Shown: piece by piece, positions 1 to 10,643 of the stretch
Numbering within the stretch: position 1 is the stretch's first letter
Layout of the letters: every line of letters begins with the position of its first letter
Assembly: GCF_003151135.1 (NCBI RefSeq)
Contig: NZ_QEQK01000005.1
Coordinates: 321,955 to 385,954, forward strand
Direction: 5' to 3'
From: Abyssibacter profundi
GTDB lineage: Bacteria; Pseudomonadota; Gammaproteobacteria; Nevskiales; OUC007
Length of the DNA: 64,000 bases
Program-made: the position numbers and the translations under genes
The notes under the pieces: generated by a model
Database searches by the model: none
Told to the model about the DNA's origin: nothing
The model's input: only the letters and a program-made list of their open reading frames with translations

Positions 1-231
1 CCCATCGCCGATGTGCTGAGCCTGCCGCGACAGGTCGCCGTGCTGGCTTACCAGCTGGGTGATGGCCTGACCACGATGCTGAATCCGGCAGATGCCGTGC
101 TCATGGGAATCCTCGGCGTCTGCGGCGTGCCTTACGGCCGCTGGGTGCGATTTATCTGGCCGCTGGCGCTGCAGGTGCTCGTTTTCGGCAGTGTCGCGAT
201 GGTCGTGGCCGTGCTCATCGGGTATTCATAG
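1..231 (+). CDS. C-terminal fragment of a polytopic membrane protein (possible YfcC/C4-dicarboxylate-type permease); the gene starts upstream of the window
   Basis: Open frame runs from nt 1 with no stop. The segment is hydrophobic (GILGVCGVPYGRWVRFIWPLALQVLVFGSVAMVVAVLIGY). The family assignment is tentative. Confidence 0.45.
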   Translation, partial: PIADVLSLPRQVAVLAYQLGDGLTTMLNPADAVLMGILGVCGVPYGRWVRFIWPLALQVLVFGSVAMVVAVLIGYS

Positions 232-267
232 TCGGCAGTTGCCCACCCGCCAGATCAGGAGTCCTGC

Positions 268-819
268 ATGAGCGATGCCGCCGCCACGATGATTGCCAAC
301 CTTGAGGCCAAGACGGGCCGGAGCCTGGCCGAGTGGGTAGCCTTGGCCCGAACCAGCGGCGCCGAGAAGCACGGTGCCCTGGTCAAGTGGTTGAAGGCTG
401 AACAGGCGCTGACCCACGGCTACGCCAATCTGGTGGCCCACGAAACCTTACGCAGTGCTGCGGCGCATGCTGAGGCCGATGATCTGGTGGCGGCGCAGTA
501 TGCCGGCAAGAAGGCGGCGCTTCGGCCACATTACGATGCGCTGATCGCTGCTGTCCGCGGCTTTGGCCCCGACATCGAAATTGCACCCAAGAAGGCCTAT
601 GTGAGTTTGCGTCGCAGCAAGCAGTTCGCACTCATCCAGCCGTCGACCGCCAGCCGGATGGACCTGGGGCTGGTGCTCAAGGGTGAGGAAGCTGGGGGGA
701 TGATCGAGCCCTCCGGCAGCTTCAATGCCATGTGCACGCACCGCATCCGCTTGCCGGTGGACACGCCGATTCCTGATGAGGCCCTGGCTGCGCTCAAGCG
801 CGCCTACGATGCCGCCTGA
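268..819 (+). CDS. DUF4287/DUF5655 domain protein
   Basis: ATG start with a CAGGAG RBS 7 nt upstream. The N-terminal MIANLEAKTGRSLAEWV motif is typical of DUF4287. 183 aa. Confidence 0.7.
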   Translation: MSDAAATMIANLEAKTGRSLAEWVALARTSGAEKHGALVKWLKAEQALTHGYANLVAHETLRSAAAHAEADDLVAAQYAGKKAALRPHYDALIAAVRGFGPDIEIAPKKAYVSLRRSKQFALIQPSTASRMDLGLVLKGEEAGGMIEPSGSFNAMCTHRIRLPVDTPIPDEALAALKRAYDAA

Positions 820-1372
820 GCAGGCGACCGGGGCCCGAGTCGCCGACGGCCCCAAGCTGTTTTTGCGACAGGCGACGTTCGACGACACCGCCTTTGTCCG
901 AACGTTGGTCACGCAGCCCAGCTGGAGCCGTTATATCGCGCCCTCCGGTGTGGCGTCCGAGCAGGATGCGCGGCAGTACATCCAGACGCGCTTGCTGGAT
1001 CGCTACGAGGCGCAGGGTTTCGGGCTTTGGCTGGTGTCGCGACAACAGGATGGTCAGCTCATCGGTATGGCCGGGCTGGTCTGCCGCGAAACGCTGCCTG
1101 GCCCCGACCTCGGATTTGCCCTGATGGATGCGTTCGTCGGGCAGGGCTTCGCATTCGAGGCGGCTTCGCTCGTCATGCAGGTGGCCCGGGCGCAATACGC
1201 GCTCGCCGAGCTGTACGCCGTCGTCAAGCCGGACAATCAGCGGTCGATTCGATTGCTGCAGCGCCTCGGCTTCGTCTACAGGCACGCGCAGATGGGACCC
1301 GATGCGTTGAGATGGCAGATCCATCACCGTTCGCTGGCGCAGGGAACCCAGGCAGGGCTTGCGCCGTCCTAG
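809..1372 (+). CDS. GNAT family N-acetyltransferase (RimJ/RimL-like)
   Basis: Acetyl-CoA binding-type segment QLIGMAGLV...GFALMDAFVGQGFAFEAASL...RSIRLLQRLGF. The start was placed at the internal ATG 809, overlapping the upstream gene by 11 nt. The long N-terminal extension in the track is rejected. Confidence 0.7.
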   Translation: MPPEQATGARVADGPKLFLRQATFDDTAFVRTLVTQPSWSRYIAPSGVASEQDARQYIQTRLLDRYEAQGFGLWLVSRQQDGQLIGMAGLVCRETLPGPDLGFALMDAFVGQGFAFEAASLVMQVARAQYALAELYAVVKPDNQRSIRLLQRLGFVYRHAQMGPDALRWQIHHRSLAQGTQAGLAPS

Positions 1373-1421
1373 CCAGACCGGGCACGACGCCCCGTTTCCT
1401 CATCGCCACAAGGAGGATCGC

Positions 1422-2396
1422 GTGACTTCAATTTTCCGATTCGCTTGCTTGGCCCTGGCTTTGGTTATGGGGCCCCAGGTGCTGGCCGCACCGCCGAGCT
1501 ACCCGCATCCACTCAAGGCATTCGAGGTCGAATCACAGCAGCAGACCTTGACCATGCGCTATATGGATGTGACGCCCGCGCCGGATGCCCCGCCGCGTGG
1601 CACGGCTTTGCTGCTGCATGGCAAGAACTTCTGCGCCGATTACTGGGTCGACAGCATCGAACTGCTGCGGGCATCCGGCTACCGCGTGGTGGTCCCTGAG
1701 CAGATCGGGTTTTGCTCCTCGGATCTTCCGCGCCGCTATCAGTACAGCTTCCATCAGCTGGCCAGTAATACCCGCGCACTGCTCGACCATTTGGCCGTGG
1801 ATGAGACGCTGGTCATCGGCCATTCCATGGGCGGCATGCTGGCCACGCGCTACGCGCTGAAATACCCGCAGCAGGTCACGCGGCTGGTGCTGGTGAATCC
1901 GATTGGGCTGGAGGATTGGGTCAAGCTCGGCGTGCCGCATACGCCGATTGATGCCGCCTACGCAGCCGAGCGGATAAAAAGCTTCGCATCCATCAAGCGG
2001 TACCAGATCGAGAATTACTACGACGGTGACTGGTCTCCGGCGTACGAACGCTGGGCACGCCGGCTCGCGGCCCTGTACGAGGGGCCCCGCGGTGACGACA
2101 TCGCCTGGAGCCAGGCACTGACCTACGACATGCTGCAAACCCAGCCAGTCGTGCATGAATTTGAAGCGCTGCAAGTCCCGACGGTGCTGATCATCGGCCT
2201 GCGTGACCGGACGGCGCCCGGTCGGGGTCGCGCGCCCGCCGAGGTGGCCCGGCAACTGGGCAACTACCCCGTGCTGGGACGGCAGACGGCCGCAAGCATT
2301 CCCGACGCTCAGCTCATCGAGTTCGAGGGCCTGGGTCATCTGCCGCAGATCGAGGACTTCGAGCGCTACGCAGCGGCGCTCAAACCGCTGCTCTGA
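1422..2396 (+). CDS. Secreted alpha/beta hydrolase fold protein
   Basis: GTG start 6 nt after an AGGAGG RBS. Signal peptide FACLALALVMGPQVLAAP. Nucleophile elbow GHSMGG and HGKNF oxyanion region. Confidence 0.8.
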   Translation: MTSIFRFACLALALVMGPQVLAAPPSYPHPLKAFEVESQQQTLTMRYMDVTPAPDAPPRGTALLLHGKNFCADYWVDSIELLRASGYRVVVPEQIGFCSSDLPRRYQYSFHQLASNTRALLDHLAVDETLVIGHSMGGMLATRYALKYPQQVTRLVLVNPIGLEDWVKLGVPHTPIDAAYAAERIKSFASIKRYQIENYYDGDWSPAYERWARRLAALYEGPRGDDIAWSQALTYDMLQTQPVVHEFEALQVPTVLIIGLRDRTAPGRGRAPAEVARQLGNYPVLGRQTAASIPDAQLIEFEGLGHLPQIEDFERYAAALKPLL

Positions 2397-2543
2397 GGGA
2401 ATCGGCGCCCGTGCTGGGCTGCCGACCGTTGCCACTGTGGGCTGGGTCGCAACCCGTCTGCAGTCCAGGGTGTGGTGGGCCGACCGGATTCGGCATCATG
2501 CGTAACGCATAGGCTGCCCGTCGGCGGCACAGGTTTCGCAGAT

Positions 2544-4874
2544 ATGAACGAGTCCACGGCGTCTCCGGTGCCGGAGCGTATCGGGCCCTACCGCATCCTC
2601 AGCGAGCTGGGGCAGGGCGGAATGGGGCGGGTGTTTCTCGCCGAGCAGCAGGATCCGCAGCGCCAGGTTGCGCTGAAGGTCTTGTCGTCGACGGGGCCGG
2701 ATCTTGAGCGCCGTTTCCGACGCGAGTCGCAGGTGCTCGCCGCACTCGAACACCCCAACATCGCGCGGCTTTACGACGCCGGCGTCGCGACCGTGGGTGC
2801 GGTGAATGTGCCGTATCTGGCGATGGCGTATGTTGACGGGCCGACACTGACCGACTACGCCGAGCAGCAATCGCTAGACACCCGCCAGCGCATGGCCTTG
2901 ATCGGCAAGATCGCGCGGGCCGTCCATTTTGCGCATACCCGCGGGGTGATTCACCGCGATCTGAAGCCGGCCAATATTCTGGTCGACGCCCGGGGCGAAC
3001 CCAGAATTCTCGATTTCGGCGTGGCGCGCGTTGTGACCGAGGACAGCGCGACCCGCGTCACGCACGCAGGCGAGATCATCGGCACGGTCCCGTACATGAG
3101 CTGGGAGCAGCTGGTGGGCGATACCAGTCAGGCTGACCCGCGCTCCGATGTGTATTCGCTGGGGGTCATCGCTTACGAGTTGCTGGCCGGCCATCTGCCT
3201 TACGAGGGATTGGAATCCGGCACGCTGGTGACGGCCTTGGAGCTGCTCTCGCGTGCCACGCCACGCCGTGTATCCGCCAGCCAGCCCGCCGCCCGGGGTG
3301 ATCTGGAGACGCTCGTCCACAAGGCCATCGCCCGGGATGTGGACCAGCGCTACCAATCAGCCGCGGAGCTGGCGGACGACATCGACCGCCTGTTGGACCG
3401 TCGCCCCATCCAGGCGCGTCCACCGTCGATTGGCTATGTCACAGGATTGTTCGTGCGACGCCACAAACTGGCGGCGGGCGCGGCGCTGGCCATCGTATTG
3501 TCACTGGTGGTGGCCACGGCGGTCTCCGTTCGATTTGCCGTGTCGGAAGCCCAGGCGCGCCTGGTGGCTGAATCGCGATTGGCCGAGCGCGAGGCGGTGA
3601 ACACCTTTCTGAACGAAATGCTGGTGTCGGCCGATCCTGAGCGCACCCTGGGTGAACGCCTGGCCGTGGTCGATGTGCTGGATGTGGCCAAGGCCGAATT
3701 TGCCTCCAACGAGCGACTGAGTCCGGCCGTGCAGGCACAGCTGGGCCGAACGCTGGGCAATACCTATGTCGCGCTGGGTCGGTATGACGAAGGCATTGGA
3801 TTGCTGGATCGCGCCCTGGAAGCGGCCCGTGATTCGGCGGCCCGTGATCGTCTGCTGGTCGACAAGGCCAGCGCCGAGGTGATTGCTGCGCGGCTGGATG
3901 CGGCGTCGACCACGCTGGATGCGATTAGCGATGCCGCCGATCAGCGGATCGGGATCGAGGCCGCGTTTACGCGCGGCCGCATCGACCTGGAAGCCGGGCG
4001 CAGCGATGAGGCCGTGACCGAGCTGCGGGCCACTTATGACCAGGCCCGCGCGGCGCTGGGTCCGGATGACGATCTCACCCTGGCCGTGGGGCAGCAGCTC
4101 ATGGTGGCGCTGGTGCGCATGGGCGACAACGAGGCCTCGCTGGCCGTCGGCACCGACGTGGCGCAGCGGCTGGAAGCGCGCCTGGGGCGGGATAATCCGC
4201 GGACCGTCGTGGCCTGGGATGGGGTGGCGCTGAACTATCGCGACCAGGCGCGTTTCGATGAATCGATTGCGTTGCTGGCCGAGAACCATGCGATTTACGA
4301 GCGGGTGCTGGGGCCGGAGCATCCCCAGACGCTGATGACCGGCTGTTCGCTGGCCGCCGTTTACGCGATGGCGGGTCAGCCGGAAGCCGGTGTCGCACTG
4401 GTGCAAAAGGGGCACGAACAAATGCGTGCGCTGCTAGGCGATGAGGCCGAGGTCGTGCGGACACTGGCCAGCCTGCGGGGTTACGTGGCCTCCGAAGCCG
4501 GCGACTACGCGCAGGCGGTCGAGATCAATCGCCTGCTGGTCACACAAAGTGAAGCCAAGCCAGGCGGCCCGGAAATCAACGATCTGGTCGACTACAACAA
4601 CCTGGGCAACAACCTGCGCAAGCTGGGCCAGTCGGCCGAAGCCGTGCAGGTCTTTAATCGCCTGCTGGAGCTGGCTGGCGGCAAGCTGAGCCAGGACCAT
4701 CTGCACTACGGCTTATTTGCTGGGAACTACGGCAAGGCCTTGATCGAACACGGCGAGGTTGATCGGGCCCGGCCCGTCCTGGAACGCGCCTGCGATGTCG
4801 TGGGGCAGCATCTGGGCGCCGAGCATCCGCGGACGCAGGCGGTGTGCACGAACCCGGTGCTCGCGGAGGGGTAG
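2544..4874 (+). CDS. Hanks-type serine/threonine protein kinase with a TM helix and C-terminal TPR-like repeats
   Basis: Gly-rich loop GQGGMGRVF, VAIK-like ALKV, catalytic HRDLKPANIL, DFG and APE-like SWEQ. TM segment LAAGAALAIVLSLVVATAV. Long helical repeat tail. The ATG 2544 start is uncertain. Confidence 0.85.
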   Translation: MNESTASPVPERIGPYRILSELGQGGMGRVFLAEQQDPQRQVALKVLSSTGPDLERRFRRESQVLAALEHPNIARLYDAGVATVGAVNVPYLAMAYVDGPTLTDYAEQQSLDTRQRMALIGKIARAVHFAHTRGVIHRDLKPANILVDARGEPRILDFGVARVVTEDSATRVTHAGEIIGTVPYMSWEQLVGDTSQADPRSDVYSLGVIAYELLAGHLPYEGLESGTLVTALELLSRATPRRVSASQPAARGDLETLVHKAIARDVDQRYQSAAELADDIDRLLDRRPIQARPPSIGYVTGLFVRRHKLAAGAALAIVLSLVVATAVSVRFAVSEAQARLVAESRLAEREAVNTFLNEMLVSADPERTLGERLAVVDVLDVAKAEFASNERLSPAVQAQLGRTLGNTYVALGRYDEGIGLLDRALEAARDSAARDRLLVDKASAEVIAARLDAASTTLDAISDAADQRIGIEAAFTRGRIDLEAGRSDEAVTELRATYDQARAALGPDDDLTLAVGQQLMVALVRMGDNEASLAVGTDVAQRLEARLGRDNPRTVVAWDGVALNYRDQARFDESIALLAENHAIYERVLGPEHPQTLMTGCSLAAVYAMAGQPEAGVALVQKGHEQMRALLGDEAEVVRTLASLRGYVASEAGDYAQAVEINRLLVTQSEAKPGGPEINDLVDYNNLGNNLRKLGQSAEAVQVFNRLLELAGGKLSQDHLHYGLFAGNYGKALIEHGEVDRARPVLERACDVVGQHLGAEHPRTQAVCTNPVLAEG

Positions 4875-4890
4875 ATCAACGGAATTCGGC

Positions 4891-6117
4891 TTATGCGTCG
4901 GCAGCAACGGGTAAACCGGTGAGCTGGCCCAGCTGGGCAGCAGCGGCCTCGACGGCTTGCCGAGACTTGAAACCGTCCCCAATGCGCAGGGGTTTGCCCA
5001 GGCGGTGATGGACGGCCAGTGCGTGCCAGACCGCCGTCTGGCGTCCGCTCTGCGTGGTGCCCGTGCGCTGCCAGCCCAGGTGCCTGACCGCTTCTCGTGG
5101 CAGGTGGCGGGTCGTGATCGGCCAGCCGAAACAGAACACCCGCGTGGCGACCTGATCTGCGTCGATGAGGACAATGCGGCGATGACCGAGCGTCCAGAGT
5201 CCACCTAGCAGCATCCCAGTGCCGACGAGCAGGAAGACGCCAGCCATCAGGCCGGGGACCAGCTCAAAGACCGAGCCGACACCCGCCTGGGTTGCCAGGA
5301 ATCCGCCCGATGCGATGCTGCATAAACCGAATAACAGTAAGGGCAACGCCAGCACCCAATTGCGGCCAGGCCTGAAGTCCAGCGTGACCCGGTCCCCACT
5401 GCGGTAGATGTTCATCAGCCGGGACAGGGCCGCTTGCAGTGGCTGTGTGTCGATGCGTGTGGCTTGCTCCGCTGTCCGGTTGCGGGCCGGACCGGGCAAC
5501 ACGGGGATGGCGTACTGGCGTTTGAGATCAGCGCCGGGCTGGGAGACATCCAGCGTCAGACGCCAGACGTGGTAATCGCGGCCAGCCGGTTCGCTGGCCG
5601 GCAATTCCTCCGGCACCTTGAAGTGAAACCACAGCTGCTGTTCGCCGCGCTGCATGGCTTGCAGGTCCAGTGCATGGCTCCAGACCGGACGCGTGATGGT
5701 CTTTTTATGCCCGCGCCGGCGGGACTCGCAGGTCAGCTCAACCCGGATGCGATGGTCTGCGGCCAGCGGGCGACGCAGCTTGAAATACCCGGCCACGTCG
5801 CCACCAATCGCGCCCGGCCAGGGGTCGAGCACGGCTTCGACTTCGCCGAAACGACGCCAGGCCAGCCATTCGCGTAGCGCCAGCAGGCCCAGGCCGGCGC
5901 CCAGTGCATCGAAGAGCAGCACGGCCAGTATCGGCCAGTTGCCGCCGCGCAGTTCCTCCGGGATGGCCAGCGTGCCGGGCAGGGCCAGCGCAAAGACCAC
6001 GGCCGCCATGCCCAGCAGGAGCCAGTGGTTCGACCCCGCCTCACTGCGGATGGCGTGATGCCGCCATCGCTTGTCACGCGTCCACCAGTCGGGCGCTGCG
6101 GGCGAGGGGCGGCTCAC
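4891..6117 (-). CDS. Hypothetical polytopic membrane protein (2 N-terminal TM, soluble middle, 2-3 C-terminal TM)
   Basis: Long ORF with a hydrophobic pattern. GTG start overlapping the stop of the upstream flavodoxin-like gene (GTGA). No recognisable motif. Confidence 0.5.
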   Translation of the reverse strand: MSRPSPAAPDWWTRDKRWRHHAIRSEAGSNHWLLLGMAAVVFALALPGTLAIPEELRGGNWPILAVLLFDALGAGLGLLALREWLAWRRFGEVEAVLDPWPGAIGGDVAGYFKLRRPLAADHRIRVELTCESRRRGHKKTITRPVWSHALDLQAMQRGEQQLWFHFKVPEELPASEPAGRDYHVWRLTLDVSQPGADLKRQYAIPVLPGPARNRTAEQATRIDTQPLQAALSRLMNIYRSGDRVTLDFRPGRNWVLALPLLLFGLCSIASGGFLATQAGVGSVFELVPGLMAGVFLLVGTGMLLGGLWTLGHRRIVLIDADQVATRVFCFGWPITTRHLPREAVRHLGWQRTGTTQSGRQTAVWHALAVHHRLGKPLRIGDGFKSRQAVEAAAAQLGQLTGLPVAADA

Positions 6118-6587
6118 AACACACCGGCTGCCAGACCGGCGGCCATGGCGGCGCCCAGTTCATGGCAGTTGTCGACAAACTCGGGCTGGAACTCGCCTCG
6201 GCAGATCAGCGCATCGGCCACCGGTTTCCAGCGTAGGCCGGTGACAATCCGCTCCACGCCGGCCACGGTACCGCTGCCATCGTTGCCCGCACGCACGACG
6301 AGCGCGTAGGGCAGCCCCTGCTGATGATCCAGGGTGGGGTAGTAATTGCGATCGAAGAAGTCCTTCATCGCACCACTCATGTAGGCGAGGTTCTCCGGTG
6401 TCAGCAGCAGGATGCCGTCCGCCGCCAGCACGTGCTCGGCGTGGGTCTCGAAGGGTGACAACGACACCAGCTTCACCTGGTCCTCGCCGCCCGCTTTGGC
6501 GCCTGCGCGCAATGCCGCCAGCAGACGCCGGAGATTGGGTGACACCGCGTGGGCCACGATGAGTAGCGTCTTCTGCTCCGCGTTCAT
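6114..6587 (-). CDS. Flavodoxin-like fold NAD(P)H-dependent FMN reductase family protein
   Basis: ATG 6587 preceded by a GGGGGAC RBS. The KTLLIVAHAVSPNLRR...GILLLTPENLAYMSGAMKDFFDR pattern is typical of NADPH-dependent FMN reductase/flavodoxin-like proteins. Confidence 0.65.
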   Translation of the reverse strand: MNAEQKTLLIVAHAVSPNLRRLLAALRAGAKAGGEDQVKLVSLSPFETHAEHVLAADGILLLTPENLAYMSGAMKDFFDRNYYPTLDHQQGLPYALVVRAGNDGSGTVAGVERIVTGLRWKPVADALICRGEFQPEFVDNCHELGAAMAAGLAAGVL

Positions 6588-6736
6588 GCTGTCCCCCTGG
6601 GTGGTCGGCTCAGTCAGGCGGGTGGGCCGGGCGTGCGATACTCCGCGCCATGGCACCGAACCTGCTGTTCGTTGTCCTTGATTTGATGCATCCGCCGGTC
6701 TGACGCCGGAGTGGATTTTCGCTTTTAGGAGTTCCG

Positions 6737-8602
6737 ATGCGTATCACGATTGTATCGCTGCTGGCCGCCTTGCTTGCAGCCTGCGGTGCCCCCTCGACCG
6801 ACAGCAGTTCCTCGACCGAGGACAAGCGCGAGGCCACGACCGAAACCGCGATGAGCGAAACCGATCGCCTCAACGCGTGGTTCGAGGAGAAGTTTGAGGA
6901 AGAACTGCAGTTCAGCCCGATCCAGATGACCTTTCTGGGCCGCAAGGACCGCTATGGTGAACTGGGTGACTTCTCCGAGGCGGGCGCAAAGGCGCAGCTG
7001 GAGTGGCGCAAGACCGTCACGGAAGAGATGAAGAGCGCATTCGACTACGAGGCGCTTAGCGATGAGGCCAAGATGTCCTATGACATCTGGGTGTACGAGA
7101 CCCAGCAGGCAGAAGCCGGTTGGCCCTATCGTTTCAACCAGTACCCCTTCAATCAGATGCAGGGGATGCACACCTTCCTGCCGACCTTCCTGATTAGCTT
7201 CCACAAGGTGGAATCAGCCGAAGACATGCAGGCCTATATCTCGCGTGTGCGTGAGCTGCCGGCTGCGTTTGGCGAGTTGATCAAACTGGCCAAGGCCTCG
7301 GCGGACAAGGGCATTCGTCCGCCGAAGTTCGCCCATGAGGCCGTGATCAAGGAGTCCAAGAAGCTCATCGCCGGCGCACCGTTTGCCGATGGTGAGGACG
7401 CTTCGATCTGGACGGATATGCAAACCGAGATCAGCAACCTGCTCGACAGCGAGGTCATCGACGCCGAGCAGGCCGACACGCTGAAGGCTGAGGCCAAGGC
7501 GGCGTTGATCGATAGCTTCAAGCCGGCGTACGAATCCGTGATTGCCTGGGTGGAATCCGATCTGCCGAATGCGGCGGTTAACCCCACCGGCGTGGGCGGC
7601 ACGCAGCCCAATGGCGAGGCGTATTACAAGCACCGCCTGTGGACGCAGACCACCACGGATATGACAGCTGATCAGATCCACCAGATCGGCCTGGACGAGG
7701 TCGAACGGCTGCTGGGTGAGATGACGGCGCTGAAGAATCGGGTTGAGTTCGATGGCGATTTGAACGCTTTCTTCGAATTCCTGAACACCGATTCGCAGTT
7801 CCGCTTCCCGAACACGGATGAGGGCCGCGAGATGTACATCGCCGAGGCCACCGCCGCCATCGACACCATCAAGCAGTCTCTGCCTGACTACTTCGGCCGG
7901 CTTCCCAAGGCCGATCTGGTGGTCAAGCGAGTCGAGCCCTTCCGTGAGCAGGACGGGGCGGCCCAGCACTACTTTCCGGGTACCCCGGATGGTTCGCGGC
8001 CAGGCACCTACTACGCGCATCTCTCCGACATGGAGGCCATGCCGATTCCCGAACTGGAAGTGATTGCCTACCACGAAGGTGTGCCAGGCCATCACATGCA
8101 GATTTCCATTGCGCAGGAACTGGAGGACGTGCCCACCTTCCGCACCCAGGCGCGTTTCACCGCCTACATCGAAGGCTGGGCCCTGTACTCCGAGTGGCTG
8201 GCCAAGGAAATGCCCGGCACCTACGAGGACCCTTACTCAGAGTTTGGTCAGCTGTCTTCGGAAATCTGGCGGGCGATTCGCCTGGTTGTCGATACCGGCC
8301 TGCACGCCAAAGGCTGGACCGAGCAGGAAGCGGTCGACTACTTCGACAAGAACTCGCCGGTGCCACTGACGTCGATCAAGTCCGAAATCCAGCGTTACCT
8401 GGTCATCCCCGGTCAGGCGACCTCGTACAAGATCGGCATGCTCAAGATTCAGGAGCTACGCCGCGAGGCCGAGGCCGAGCTGGGTGACGCCTTCGATATC
8501 AAGGGTTTCCATGACACCGTGCTCGGTGGTGGGGCGCTGCCGTTGGAGCTGCTCGAACGTCGCGTCCAGCGTTGGGTCGATAGCCAGAAGCCAGCCGCGT
8601 AA
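6737..8602 (+). CDS. DUF885 family lipoprotein (putative metallopeptidase-like)
   Basis: AGGAG RBS. Lipobox signal MRITIVSLLAALLAACG. HEGVPGHHMQ motif characteristic of DUF885. Confidence 0.8.
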   Translation: MRITIVSLLAALLAACGAPSTDSSSSTEDKREATTETAMSETDRLNAWFEEKFEEELQFSPIQMTFLGRKDRYGELGDFSEAGAKAQLEWRKTVTEEMKSAFDYEALSDEAKMSYDIWVYETQQAEAGWPYRFNQYPFNQMQGMHTFLPTFLISFHKVESAEDMQAYISRVRELPAAFGELIKLAKASADKGIRPPKFAHEAVIKESKKLIAGAPFADGEDASIWTDMQTEISNLLDSEVIDAEQADTLKAEAKAALIDSFKPAYESVIAWVESDLPNAAVNPTGVGGTQPNGEAYYKHRLWTQTTTDMTADQIHQIGLDEVERLLGEMTALKNRVEFDGDLNAFFEFLNTDSQFRFPNTDEGREMYIAEATAAIDTIKQSLPDYFGRLPKADLVVKRVEPFREQDGAAQHYFPGTPDGSRPGTYYAHLSDMEAMPIPELEVIAYHEGVPGHHMQISIAQELEDVPTFRTQARFTAYIEGWALYSEWLAKEMPGTYEDPYSEFGQLSSEIWRAIRLVVDTGLHAKGWTEQEAVDYFDKNSPVPLTSIKSEIQRYLVIPGQATSYKIGMLKIQELRREAEAELGDAFDIKGFHDTVLGGGALPLELLERRVQRWVDSQKPAA

Positions 8603-8625
8603 TCAGACGCACAGTGCATGAAGAA

Positions 8626-8660
8626 AGCCCCCGGTGAGTGACTCACCGGGGGCTTTTTTG
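8626..8660. terminator. Bidirectional Rho-independent terminator between convergent genes
   Basis: Perfect 12-bp stem CCCCCGGTGAGT/ACTCACCGGGGG followed by TTTTTTG. An A-rich tract upstream supplies a U-tract for the opposite strand. Confidence 0.85.
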
Positions 8661-8695
8661 CGGGCAGACGATCGGCGGTCTGCCGTGATCGAGCC

Positions 8696-10528
8696 TTACT
8701 GCGGCGTGGCGGTCAGGACGTAGTCGCCCGAGCCGCTGTACGACAGCACCACCCAGCGATATTCGCCCGAGCTGGCGTTGTAGCTAATCGACTCATCCGA
8801 CGTGGCCGTGGTGGAACTGGCCACCCGCTGCCAGCCGCTGAACAGGAAGCTGGTGCTGTATCGCTGCAATTCCAGATCAAAGTCGGCGTTGCCCGGACCT
8901 TCCAGCACGCCGGTCAGCGTCCCGCCGGCCCACTGGAAGCCGCCCTCGGGGTGAATGTTCTCGTCATTCGTCCCGCTGAGCGTTCCGGTGTACACGGTGC
9001 AGCCGTTGCAGCCCGCGGTGCCGTCGCTGACGGTCACTGTCTGCGTCAGGGCGTCGGTCTGGCCGATGCTGTCCGTCACGGTCAGCGTCACATCGTAGTC
9101 GCCCGCAGCCGCATAGCTGTGGACGGGCGCCACGCCCGTGGCCTGGCTGCCGTCGCCCAGGGTCCAGGCATAGCTGGCAATGCCGTTGTCATCCGTACTG
9201 GTCGAGGCATCAAAGCTGCAATCCAGATCCGTGCAGTCCACGGAGAAGCTGGCCGCAGGAGGCTGATCAACCGGCGTGCTGCCGCCGGCGTTGTCGACAT
9301 ACAGCAGTTTGTTCGGCGAGGCGGTATTGGCCCCAACGACCACACCTGGAGTGGTGTCTGCCAGCAGGGCGCTGGTCAGCTGTGCGGGTGTCAGGTTCGG
9401 GTCCAGCCCGAGCAAAATGGCAGCGGCGCCGGCCACATGGGGAGAGGCCATGGAGGTGCCAGACAGCGTTGCCGTGCCCGTGTTGTTTGATGCGCTGGCC
9501 GATACGATGTTCGAGCCGGGTGCATACAGATCCAGGCAGCTGCCGAAATTGCTGTACGAGGCTTGGCCGTCGTCAATGTCGGTGGCGCCGACGGTGACGG
9601 CCGTCGGCTCGGCGGCCGGCGAGGTGTTGCAGGCATCGGTGCTGTCATTACCTGCGGCAACCACGGGCAGAATCCCGGCATCGTACAACCCACGGGCTGC
9701 GTCTTCCTGAGCCTGGCTGCGACCATTGAGCGTGCCCAGTGACATGTTCACAACCGCCGGTAATTCGGCATTGTCGGCCACCCACTCCATGCCCGCGATG
9801 ATGTCCGAGCCGGAGCCCGTGCCCAGGCAATCCAGCACCCGGACAGCGTGGACCGTTGCCTGCTTGGCGATGCCGTACTGCGTGCCGGCCGTGGTGCCTG
9901 CGACATGGGTTCCGTGACCTTCACAATCGTCCCAATCGTCCGGATCCGGCGCGAAAATCACGCCCGAGGACACAAAATTGCGACCCTGTCCCACGCGACC
10001 GGAAAACTCCGTGTGGTCGGCATTGATGCCGGTGTCGATCACGTAAATGTGCACGCCATTGCCGGCTGCATTCGGGTAGCTGTAACTGCTGTCCAGCGGC
10101 AGGTTTCGCTGGTCAACGCGGTCTAGGCCCCAGACCGGGCTGGATTGAGTGGCTGTGGCCACAACCAACTGATCCGGCTCGACCGATCGGACTGCCGGCA
10201 ACGCTGCCAGCGTGCCGGCGACATCAGCCGGCATCTTGGCGGAAAAACCGTAGAGCACGGTGTCGTAGCTGTGCAGCAGCGTACCGCCGCCAGCCTGCTC
10301 CAACAGCGATTCAGCCAGGCTGCGAACATCTAATGCCAGCTCGGGCTGGTAGAGCCGAACTATGTATTGGTCGGCAATGGCGTCAGCGCGCTCGGCGAGT
10401 TGGGTGTCTGTCGTGACCGCATCCCCAGCGGTCTCGATCGCGGTGGTATCCGGCGCCTGGGAACAGGCGGAGATCAGGCCGGCACTTGCAGCGGCCAGAA
10501 CAAAACGAAAGCCAAGACGGTGTCTCAC
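8696..10528 (-). CDS. Secreted S8 (subtilisin) family serine peptidase lipoprotein with PKD and C-terminal pre-peptidase (PPC) domains
   Basis: GTG start 8 nt after a GGAG RBS. Lipobox LISAC. Catalytic triad motifs [12 protein letters not shown] and [14 protein letters not shown]-like segment YAWTLGDGS...YDVTLTVTD. Confidence 0.85.
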   Translation of the reverse strand: MRHRLGFRFVLAAASAGLISACSQAPDTTAIETAGDAVTTDTQLAERADAIADQYIVRLYQPELALDVRSLAESLLEQAGGGTLLHSYDTVLYGFSAKMPADVAGTLAALPAVRSVEPDQLVVATATQSSPVWGLDRVDQRNLPLDSSYSYPNAAGNGVHIYVIDTGINADHTEFSGRVGQGRNFVSSGVIFAPDPDDWDDCEGHGTHVAGTTAGTQYGIAKQATVHAVRVLDCLGTGSGSDIIAGMEWVADNAELPAVVNMSLGTLNGRSQAQEDAARGLYDAGILPVVAAGNDSTDACNTSPAAEPTAVTVGATDIDDGQASYSNFGSCLDLYAPGSNIVSASASNNTGTATLSGTSMASPHVAGAAAILLGLDPNLTPAQLTSALLADTTPGVVVGANTASPNKLLYVDNAGGSTPVDQPPAASFSVDCTDLDCSFDASTSTDDNGIASYAWTLGDGSQATGVAPVHSYAAAGDYDVTLTVTDSIGQTDALTQTVTVSDGTAGCNGCTVYTGTLSGTNDENIHPEGGFQWAGGTLTGVLEGPGNADFDLELQRYSTSFLFSGWQRVASSTTATSDESISYNASSGEYRWVVLSYSGSGDYVLTATPQ

Positions 10529-10627
10529 GAGCAAAGCTCCTTGGGTGATTGCGGAACGGATCCGTGGAACCCGTAACCCTAGAGACTTGGCCATCCTGGG
10601 ACTATCAGACCACGCCATGACGCGCGT

Positions 10628-10643
10628 GTAGGAAAAATCCTAC
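10628..10643. promoter_or_regulatory. 16-bp perfect palindrome GTAGGAAAAATCCTAC in the divergent S8-protease/fbp intergenic region
   Basis: Read directly: 6-bp arms with an AAAA centre. Candidate dimeric regulator binding site. Confidence 0.35.

Noticed and set aside
448-912. 154-aa minus-strand ORF, and similar long antisense ORFs throughout: 794-1327, 1533-2435, 3501-4421, 7214-8095, 13384-13980, 14362-15087, 15593-16225, 17489-18175, 20823-21761, 22543-23517, 24608-25384, 33231-33836, 41779-42579, 44980-45888, 58841-59776.
   Set aside because: They lie antisense to, or out of frame with, strongly supported genes. They have Arg/Pro/Gly-rich composition typical of spurious open frames in 65% GC DNA. 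They show no RBS and no motifs.
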